Shown here piece by piece: positions 18,680-25,646 of a stretch of 36,924 bases of DNA; the first letter of the stretch is position 1, and each line of letters starts with the position of its first letter. The position numbers were made by a program, and so were the translations under genes. The stretch comes from Gemmatimonadales bacterium. Its GTDB lineage: Bacteria; Gemmatimonadota; Gemmatimonadetes; Gemmatimonadales; GWC2-71-9. The DNA is taken from the NCBI GenBank assembly GCA_038326215.1, contig JBBQJU010000003.1, forward strand, positions 1 through 36,924, written 5' to 3'. The notes below the pieces were generated by a model, which saw only the letters and a list, made by a program, of their open reading frames with translations, searched no databases and had not been told where the DNA came from.

Positions 18680-20688
18680 TGCACCCCTCCGGCGGGTTTC
18701 GCCTTGTGGCAGCTCTCGCAACTGCTCGACACCGGCCGATAGATCACCCGCGGTGTGCCGCCGACCTGTTCGGTGCGATGGCACTGGCTGCAGGCCACGG
18801 TCGCGTGGGCACCTTTCAGGGAGAACGTCGATTGCCGCTCATGGTCGAAGCGAATCGCCCCGACAAATCGATCGCTGGTGTGGCACGTCTCGCAGCGGCC
18901 GCGATCGGGGCGGCTGTCGAACTGCGTCCCGTGGGGCGTCTGATGGCAGCTCGCGCACGTCGTGCCTTTCGGCACGCCCAGCGCCACCCGAGCCATCGTA
19001 CTGGCCGCCCCGACGAGCGACGCCCGGCCGGTCGCGAGCACGCTCGCGGCCGGGAGCCCGCTGTGGCACTCGCGGCACGGCACCGCCCGGTGCGCACCCT
19101 CCAGGGCAAACGCGAACCGCGCATGCGATTCCATCCCGATCGTCGACGGACGGAACGCCGTCGCCGTGTGGCAGTTGCCACAGGTGGCGGTCGTGTCGCG
19201 GCGCTGGGTCTCGCCGGCGATCAGGTGCGGATCAGCGTGGCAGGACGCACAGCGCGTCTCCGGCAGCTTGAACTGGAGTCCGGCGGTCCCGAGCGTGGTC
19301 GTCTTCGCGAGGGCCGGCAAGCCGCGGCGGGTCGCCGAGTGACAATCCGAGCAGGCGATCGCCGCATGCCGTCCCTCGAGGGGCAGCGTCGTGGCGCTGT
19401 GCGTGGCCCGCTCGTACCGCAACTCCTTCCAGCCGAGATCGCTATGGCAGCGCTCGCACGGCGTGCCGGGGAGCTGGGCGCCGTGTGCGTCGAGGTGGCA
19501 GGACGTACAGGTGGCGAAAGCGACCCGTAGATGCGTCACGCTGGCCCCGGCCGGTGCCCCGGCTGACTTGGTCGCCTTGTGGCAGGAAGCGCAGGGGACC
19601 ACGCGGTGCTTGCCCTCGAGCGGGTACCGGGCCGTGCTGTGCTGAGCCACCGAAAAGGTCGCTGGGGCAAAGCCCTCCACCCGATGGCAGGCCGCACAAT
19701 CGACGACCGCCCCGGCGAGCGTGGCCTCGCCAGCGTGCCGGTCGGCATGACAGGAGGCACAGCTCGTGGAGACGGGCCGGGGTGTGGCCATATCGCGCCC
19801 ATGACACGCGTCGCAGCCCACCTGGCGATGTTTGCCGAGGAGGGGGTAGCGAGTCAGCGTGTGGTTGAAGCCGCGACGGTCCAGCACATCAAACCCCTGG
19901 GTCACGTGACAGTCACTGCATTTCGACGAGAGCCGCCCCTTGTGGGGATCGGCGTGGCAACTCGAGCATTCGGCGTACGGCAGGGGGCGGTAGAGCGCGT
20001 TCCGCTTCCCCGTGGCATCCGGTGTAATACGGAGTGTCGGCGCGAGGTGACATTTGTTGCACGCCACCTCCGCATGGGCGCCGGTTAGTTGATATCGGGC
20101 ACTCACATGGTCGAATTTCGTGGCCGGATCCCATTGAGCCGCCGTGTGGCACTTCTCGCACTTCGGCCCCAGCGACTTCTGGTGCGGGTCGTCCTTGGCA
20201 TGACACGAAGCGCATGCCGTCCCCAACCCCATCCACCCAGGCGACCCCTTCCTGGGCGAGATCAGCGCGGCGGGATCGGTCCGGTACTGGGCCACGTGAC
20301 ACTTGGCGCAGGCGAGCGGCGCGTGCTTTCCCTCCAGCTCCCAACCGGCACCGCGGTGATCAAAGCGGTCGCGCCCCCCGGCCGGCCAGGCGATCATCGC
20401 GAACTCGCGCCCGGCATGATCAGGGTGGCACGACGCGCAGCTCTTCCCCGACGTCTTCGCCTCGCGGGCGTGATAGCCTCGTCCCTGCGAGACCAGCAGC
20501 GTCACTTCCTTGTGGCAACTCAGGCAGAGTCGCGGCATCGCGTCCTTGGAGGGACCGTGACACTGGGAGCACTTGGTTGCCCCCTCGAGAGCCTGGTGGG
20601 CTCGGGCCAACGGCCCCGGCGAGATCTGCGCCGCCACTAGCCGCGGCAGCAGCAGGACGACGAGTCCCAGCCACCGCATCCCGCGCAA
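18676..20688 (-). CDS. Secreted 23-heme c-type cytochrome (diverged triheme modules)
   Basis: 23 CxxCH motifs and 24 other His counted by hand. Sec signal ending VAA|QISPG. Same FxH..LxGxH-CxxCH..CxxCH..DPH..CxxCH module with variable loops. TTG start directly follows the upstream TGA (alternative ATG at 20679). Confidence 0.95.
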   Translation of the reverse strand: MRGMRWLGLVVLLLPRLVAAQISPGPLARAHQALEGATKCSQCHGPSKDAMPRLCLSCHKEVTLLVSQGRGYHAREAKTSGKSCASCHPDHAGREFAMIAWPAGGRDRFDHRGAGWELEGKHAPLACAKCHVAQYRTDPAALISPRKGSPGWMGLGTACASCHAKDDPHQKSLGPKCEKCHTAAQWDPATKFDHVSARYQLTGAHAEVACNKCHLAPTLRITPDATGKRNALYRPLPYAECSSCHADPHKGRLSSKCSDCHVTQGFDVLDRRGFNHTLTRYPLLGKHRQVGCDACHGRDMATPRPVSTSCASCHADRHAGEATLAGAVVDCAACHRVEGFAPATFSVAQHSTARYPLEGKHRVVPCASCHKATKSAGAPAGASVTHLRVAFATCTSCHLDAHGAQLPGTPCERCHSDLGWKELRYERATHSATTLPLEGRHAAIACSDCHSATRRGLPALAKTTTLGTAGLQFKLPETRCASCHADPHLIAGETQRRDTTATCGNCHTATAFRPSTIGMESHARFAFALEGAHRAVPCRECHSGLPAASVLATGRASLVGAASTMARVALGVPKGTTCASCHQTPHGTQFDSRPDRGRCETCHTSDRFVGAIRFDHERQSTFSLKGAHATVACSQCHRTEQVGGTPRVIYRPVSSSCESCHKAKPAGGVQ

Positions 20689-22116
20689 TCAGCTCACCTG
20701 CTCGACATCGCGAGGGATCGGCACATCCTTCTGCACGATCCGCACACCGATCTGTTCAAGGAACGCGAACGGCGCATCGCCGCCGATCCGGACGACCACG
20801 TCGTCATTCGGCAGAATCATCGGGCCAGATGGCCCTTCGAGGATCGCCACGTCGGCGCGGACCTCGCGCAATTGGGTCTCCAGGAGCAAGGTGATCCGGC
20901 CCGCGGCGACCGCCCGATCCAGCTTCTCCTGATTGCGCGGCTTGATCCGCGGGAACGACGCGTTGCGATAGGAGAGTTGCACCGTCGTACCCTCTTGATT
21001 GCCAAGGCCGACGGCCGATTCGATGGCGCTGTCGCCACCACCGACCACCAGCACGCGCCGACCCGCGAACTGCTCCATCTCGACGATCTCGTACACGACC
21101 TTGCTCAGCTCCTCGCCGATCACGCCGAGTTTCCGAGGCGACCCGCGGCGACCCATCGCGAGGACCACGCGGCGGGTCCGATACACCGCGGCCGAAGTCT
21201 CGACCCGAAAGAGCGTCCCCTCGGCCGTGACCTTCAACACGCGTTCACCGGTCCGGACCTGCAGCCCGCTGCTCGCGACGATGCTCTCCCACGCGCGCAG
21301 CAGCGACTCCTTGGATGTGTCCGCGACCCAGAGGTTGCCATACAGCGGCATCTGGATCGGCTCGGCCAGCAGCAACTTGTGGCGAGGATATTTCCGCACG
21401 CTCTCCGACAGGGAGCCCTGTTCCACCATCACGTATTTGAGTCCGCTGCGGATTGCCTCGACGCCGGCGCTCAAGCCGGCTGGTCCGCTGCCGACGATCA
21501 GCACATCCACCGCGTCGCGTTCGTCGGCGGTCGCCGGGGACAGCGTCGCGGCGATGTGCTCGACGGCCAGGCATCCCTCATTCACCGCATTCTTGATCAA
21601 CCCGCGCCCACCGAGCTCGCCCACGATGAACAGACCGGGGAGATTGCTCTCGAAGTTGGCATCGACCAACGGCACGGAGACCCGGTTCACCGCCGCGCCG
21701 GTCGTGACCAGAATTCCGCCGACCGGGCAGGCCGCCACGCATTCGCCGTGGCCCTTGCAGAGGGCGTCATCCACGACGGCGAGCTTCTTGTGCATGGTGA
21801 TCGCGCCCGGCTCCGGGCAGGCGTCCACGCAGGTTCCGCAGCCGACGCAGATATCGGCCCGGACCATCGCCTTCGGCTCCCCGCTCCCGGCCGCGAGTTC
21901 CCCCTCCACGACCGGCGCCGAGACCAATTCGTAGGCCTGCTGTGGTGCCCCGCACTGACGGCAGCGCATCGCGCCGACATGGAGCGCCGTGCCGCACCGC
22001 GGACAGTTCGGCATCATCGCTGAGCCGCCGCCGGCCTTCGCCGTCGCCCGCAGGTGCGTGCGGATGGCGAGCCCGGTGATCAGGACGAAGGCGAGGAGCG
22101 TCGCGAGCGTTTCCAC
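20689..22116 (-). CDS. Membrane-anchored zinc-ribbon + 2x[Fe-S] ferredoxin + FAD/NAD(P)H oxidoreductase (TrxR/YpdA-like, circularly permuted)
   Basis: N-terminal TM helix, CPRC..CRQC, CVGCGTCVDACP, CKGHGECVAACP, SNLPGLFIVGE, VLIVGSGPAG (FAD), AMGRRG, VLVVGGGDSA..SYR (NADPH-type). No redox-active CxxC in the reductase part. Confidence 0.88.
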   Translation of the reverse strand: METLATLLAFVLITGLAIRTHLRATAKAGGGSAMMPNCPRCGTALHVGAMRCRQCGAPQQAYELVSAPVVEGELAAGSGEPKAMVRADICVGCGTCVDACPEPGAITMHKKLAVVDDALCKGHGECVAACPVGGILVTTGAAVNRVSVPLVDANFESNLPGLFIVGELGGRGLIKNAVNEGCLAVEHIAATLSPATADERDAVDVLIVGSGPAGLSAGVEAIRSGLKYVMVEQGSLSESVRKYPRHKLLLAEPIQMPLYGNLWVADTSKESLLRAWESIVASSGLQVRTGERVLKVTAEGTLFRVETSAAVYRTRRVVLAMGRRGSPRKLGVIGEELSKVVYEIVEMEQFAGRRVLVVGGGDSAIESAVGLGNQEGTTVQLSYRNASFPRIKPRNQEKLDRAVAAGRITLLLETQLREVRADVAILEGPSGPMILPNDDVVVRIGGDAPFAFLEQIGVRIVQKDVPIPRDVEQVS

Positions 22117-22125
22117 GCGCCTGGC

Positions 22126-23148
22126 CTAGTACCGCACCACGCCAACGGCGAGGACGACCACGATATGGATGATGACGGCGACCATCGCCGTCACGGCGAA
22201 GGGACGATGCGCCACGTGCCAGAAGCGGAAGACCCGGTGGGTCGCCTCGAGCATGCGCGACTGCTGTTCCAGCGACATTTCCTGCGAGGCAAGGCGTACC
22301 GCCTCGCCGAGGGCCGCCTTGCTCAGCGGCCGCCCCGCCGGCGCGACCCCCGCCCAGCGCCGCTGCAATTCCGAGGTGCGGCGCCACCGCGTGAGATCAT
22401 CGGCGATCAGCCGCAGGAAGATCTTGCCGAGGCTCTGTTCGGCCTCCACCGGTGCGCCGACGGCCAACGTCCGTTCGACGACGTCGACGCCGAGGCCGGT
22501 GGTTTCGGCGAGTTCCCCAATCAACTCGCGCCGACGACCAGCCACTTCTTCACGGGTCAGTTCGACGCCGTTGCGGGCGCGCGGAATCCGGACATAGAGG
22601 TAGCGACCAATGACACCGCTGGCGATCACGATCATCATCGAAAGCAAGCCGAGGCCGATGAGGCCGTCGGCGCGCCAGGTCGCATGGATGGCCAGCAGCA
22701 ACGGCATAGCCAACGCGGTCGCGACATGGACGTCCATCCATTTGCCGAGGGAACCGAGGAAGGCAAGCCGCTTGTACTTCTTGCGGAGTGGGTAGAGCCA
22801 GAGAAAAATGAAGATCGCCACCGCCACCATCCCGGCGGTCAGGCCGACGGTCCCGGACGGCCGGAGCATGGCATGCCACGGATGCCGCACCCGTTGGGCC
22901 ATCGGCTCCAGATAATAGGGCGCTCCGATCAGGTTCACGGCCACGAGCGGCAATGCCACACCAAAGGTCCACGCCCAGAGCTTCCAGCGACCCCGTCGGG
23001 CGGCTGCCGTCGCCAGCGCCTTCGGTGTCGGCCGGACCGCGCCGCTGGGCGCGGCATCGACGGCTGTCGATACTTGAGGCGCCCGCACCAATTCAGGCTG
23101 GGGAGGCGCTTCAAACGCTGGCTGCAGACGGCGTGCGGGTTCGGTCAT
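22126..23148 (-). CDS. Ferric-reductase/NOX-like transmembrane di-heme cytochrome b
   Basis: About 5 TM helices. Two helices each carry H-x13-H (HVATALAMPLLLAIH; HRPFAVTAMVAVIIH). SGVIGRYLY motif, about 100-aa soluble insert, RBS GAGGAAAGGGG. Confidence 0.75.
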   Translation of the reverse strand: MTEPARRLQPAFEAPPQPELVRAPQVSTAVDAAPSGAVRPTPKALATAAARRGRWKLWAWTFGVALPLVAVNLIGAPYYLEPMAQRVRHPWHAMLRPSGTVGLTAGMVAVAIFIFLWLYPLRKKYKRLAFLGSLGKWMDVHVATALAMPLLLAIHATWRADGLIGLGLLSMMIVIASGVIGRYLYVRIPRARNGVELTREEVAGRRRELIGELAETTGLGVDVVERTLAVGAPVEAEQSLGKIFLRLIADDLTRWRRTSELQRRWAGVAPAGRPLSKAALGEAVRLASQEMSLEQQSRMLEATHRVFRFWHVAHRPFAVTAMVAVIIHIVVVLAVGVVRY

Positions 23149-23347
23149 CCCTTTCCTCAGGTCGTGCCATTGCTCGGCAGGTGGTTCACCGGGAGGAGGT
23201 TATCCGGTCTGTTACGGATTCGGCAACCCGCAAGTATCGGAATTGGTGTGCATTCTTTGTACACTTATTCGTGATGCAGTTTGCGGACCGAAGTTCGGGT
23301 GACGCACTGAATGATTCAGACCTATCACTTGATGTGGCGGAGACCGA
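23149..23347. promoter_or_regulatory. Divergent promoter region, locally AT-rich, with palindromes
   Basis: Lies between divergent starts. Contains GTGTGCA-ttctt-TGTACAC (about 23246-23264), CCGAA-g-TTCGG (23288-23298) and CTGAAT-g-ATTCAG (23307-23319). Confidence 0.55.
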
Positions 23348-24142
23348 ATGCACCAGTCATCCTCAATCCCTTGTCCCCACTGCGGCACCATGTCCACCGG
23401 AAAATTCTGCGAGAGTTGCGGCATGCCGATCGCCGAATCCGCGTGTCGGACATGCGGCACGATCGCCGGGCCGGGGACAATGTTCTGCGCGAATTGTGGG
23501 ACGAGTGTTGGTGGTGACGCACCACTCCGGCAGGACGACACAACGCAGGCTGTTCCATCACGCCGGATGCCCGGCTGGGCGATTCCGGCGATGATCGCCG
23601 TCGTGGCCGTGGCAGCGCTGAGCTGGGCCGCCACGCGCCCGAGTGCGACCGTCACCACCGGAGGGACGACCACGCCGAGCGGTACCGTGGCCTCCGACGG
23701 CACCCCGCCCGATCTCTCCAAACTCAGTCCCCAAGAGCAATTCCTGCGATTGGCCGATCGCATCGAGGCGTCAGTCCAGTCGGGGGACACGGCCACCGTG
23801 GTCCGTTTTTTCCCGATGATGGAGCAGGCCTTTACCAATCTGCCCACCGCCGATCGCAATGTCGACCTGCGCTTTCACTTGGCGCTGTTGCGCGCGCAGG
23901 TGGGCCACTTCCCTGGCGCGGTCGCGCAGATCGACACGATCGTGATCGGCGCGAAGAGCCACCTCTTCGTCGACTATCTCCGCGCGTTGATAGCGGACTA
24001 TCAGGGCAATGCCGCCGCTGGCCGCACTGCCCGACTCGCCTTCCGCCAACACTTCGATGCCGAGATTGCCCTGAAGCGACCCGAATACTTCCAGCACCGC
24101 GCCCTGCTCGACGAGTTCCTGAAGACTACCCCGACCAAGTAG
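23348..24142 (+). CDS. Double zinc-ribbon + single TM + helical/TPR-like domain protein
   Basis: CPHCG..CESCG..CRTCG..CANCG, TM segment WAIPAMIAVVAVAALSW, Thr/Gly linker, helical C-terminal domain. GGAGA RBS. Confidence 0.8.
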   Translation: MHQSSSIPCPHCGTMSTGKFCESCGMPIAESACRTCGTIAGPGTMFCANCGTSVGGDAPLRQDDTTQAVPSRRMPGWAIPAMIAVVAVAALSWAATRPSATVTTGGTTTPSGTVASDGTPPDLSKLSPQEQFLRLADRIEASVQSGDTATVVRFFPMMEQAFTNLPTADRNVDLRFHLALLRAQVGHFPGAVAQIDTIVIGAKSHLFVDYLRALIADYQGNAAAGRTARLAFRQHFDAEIALKRPEYFQHRALLDEFLKTTPTK

Positions 24143-24207
24143 CCCGAAATACGGCGACCACCCCCGCAGGCGTCAATTGCCGACTGTAATAAATATTGAC
24201 ACTTTTT

Positions 24208-24241
24208 CGGGCCTGACGAGAGAGAAATATCATCAGGCCCG
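24208..24241. other. Inverted repeat in AT-rich intergenic region (terminator or operator)
   Basis: CGGGCCTGA-16nt-TCAGGCCCG, preceded by TGTAATAAATATTGACA and TTTTT. The run of T lies 5' of the stem on the plus strand, so it is not a standard terminator tail. Confidence 0.4.
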
Positions 24242-24274
24242 GCGTCATCCCCTCCGCAGCATCACGGACCAACT

Positions 24275-24312
24275 CCCCCTCACCCCTCACCCCTCTCCCC
24301 TCACCCCTCTCC
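24275..24312. repeat. Heptamer tandem repeat CCCCTC(A/T) x5
   Basis: CCCCTCA CCCCTCA CCCCTCT CCCCTCA CCCCTCT just upstream of the carbonic anhydrase start. Confidence 0.85.
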
Positions 24313-24328
24313 AGATGTACCCTTCAGG

Positions 24329-24958
24329 ATGATCTCTGCCCGCGACGCTCTTGCCCGCCTCCAGGCGGGGAACCTCCGCTTCAACAGCAACGTCATTGGC
24401 GGAGCGCCTGTTCTCCACCAGGCCCGCCGGGCCGAATTGACCGAGAGTCAGGAGCCGTTCGCCATCATCCTCGGCTGTGCGGACTCCCGGGTCCCCGCCG
24501 AAATCGTCTTCGATCAGGGACTCGGCGACCTCTTCGTGATCCGGGTGGCGGGCAACATCGTCGCCCCCTCGCTGGTCGGCAGCGTCGAGTTCGCCGCCGA
24601 GCGCTTTCACACCCGGCTGGTCGTCGTGTTGGGGCATTCACAGTGCGGGGTGATCCTGTCGACGATCGAGGAACTCCTCCACCCGTCCCCGAGCTCGGCC
24701 CACTCGCGGAACCTCCGGGCGATCGTGGACCGGGTCCGGCCGGCGGTGGAGACCCTGCTGCACACGCCGCTCGCCCACGACTATGACGCGTTGGTAGCGG
24801 AGGCGGGCCGGGCCAACATCCGTGCCTCCGCCAACCAGTTGCGTCATGGCTCGGAGATCCTCGAACAGCTCATTCGCGATGACGGCCTGCTGGTGGTGGG
24901 CGCGGAGTACTCACTCGAGACCGGCGTCGTCACCTTCTTCGATGGCATGCCATCATGA
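24329..24958 (+). CDS. Beta-class carbonic anhydrase
   Basis: LARLQAGNLRF, GCADSRV, GDLFVIRVAGN, GSVEFA, LGHSQCG zinc ligands, YSLETGVV. Confidence 0.95.
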   Translation: MISARDALARLQAGNLRFNSNVIGGAPVLHQARRAELTESQEPFAIILGCADSRVPAEIVFDQGLGDLFVIRVAGNIVAPSLVGSVEFAAERFHTRLVVVLGHSQCGVILSTIEELLHPSPSSAHSRNLRAIVDRVRPAVETLLHTPLAHDYDALVAEAGRANIRASANQLRHGSEILEQLIRDDGLLVVGAEYSLETGVVTFFDGMPS

Positions 24959-25182
24959 GCCGACGGACCAGCTCGCTGGCCCCCGCTCGCCCCGCGGCTG
25001 AAGGCGGCGCGCTTCCTGGCGAGGGGTGTGGCGCTGGCCTCTGATGGAGATGGGGGAAATACGACCGGGGACCGATCGCCCAAACCTGCCGGACGGTGGT
25101 CCCCGCTTTCCTGTTGCAGACGGTCGTCGTGCTGGGCGTCGCCGTGGTCGGGCGACTGGTGCTCAAGCTCAAGCTGGACTGA
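24955..25182 (+). pseudogene. Possible disrupted small membrane-protein gene
   Basis: ATG overlaps the carbonic anhydrase stop (ATGA). In-frame TGA at 25042-25044, then WRWGKYDRGPIAQTCRTVVPAFLLQTVVVLGVAVVGRLVLKLKLD* with GC3-rich codons and a TM-like segment. Confidence 0.4.
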
Positions 25183-25185
25183 AGG

Positions 25186-25473
25186 TTAGCCCTTCCGACC
25201 GCTGGCCGGATCGCCACGATCGGCGACGATGCCGGGCTCACTGCCCATGTGCTCTTCAAGCCACGCCAAGAGTTGACGGTCGATGTCTGCCTCCGCCTGA
25301 TCGGCCAGCTCAGGCATGACGGTCCAGCGCTTCCCGGCGGCCATCAGCGCCCACGTAGGGGGCACTTCGGGGTGACCACGCGACGGATTGGCCCGCTGGC
25401 CCTCGCAGGTGACGAAATGGTACTCACGTTCGCCGAGGGTCAGGCGACGCTGCAGGGTCTTGTAGGCGCTCAT
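25186..25473 (-). CDS. Small hypothetical protein
   Basis: 95 aa with typical codon bias: MSAYKTLQRRLTLGEREYHFVTCEG...PPTWALMAAGKRWTVMP. Alternative GTG start at 25479. Confidence 0.7.
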   Translation of the reverse strand: MSAYKTLQRRLTLGEREYHFVTCEGQRANPSRGHPEVPPTWALMAAGKRWTVMPELADQAEADIDRQLLAWLEEHMGSEPGIVADRGDPASGRKG

Positions 25474-25646
25474 GCTCACTCACTCGGCCGGGGACAAAGG
25501 ACGGCAAAGTGGCCGCAGGGGAAATCTAAGCGGGAGTACCGGGAATCGAGCCTCCGGTCGCAGATCGGCCCGCCCCACGCTGGCGCGTTCTTCGGGGCCG
25601 GACTTATTCTTTACCCCTCTACTCCCTCCGGCCTGAGGCCTCCAGC

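Noticed and set aside
16940-18742. 600-aa plus-strand ORF and other long antisense ORFs (15680-16873, 11122-12330, 32853-34484, 35292-36665)
   Set aside because: Shadow frames of well-supported genes in high-GC DNA; Arg/Gly-rich with no recognisable motifs.
13962-20688. Naming the cluster mtrCAB, omcS or extABCD
   Set aside because: Heme counts, repeat architecture, lack of a lipoprotein cytochrome and barrel size do not match those systems, so no gene symbols were assigned.
23348-23500. CxxC motifs of the zinc-ribbon protein as heme sites
   Set aside because: All are CxxCG rather than CxxCH and lie before the TM helix on the predicted cytoplasmic side.
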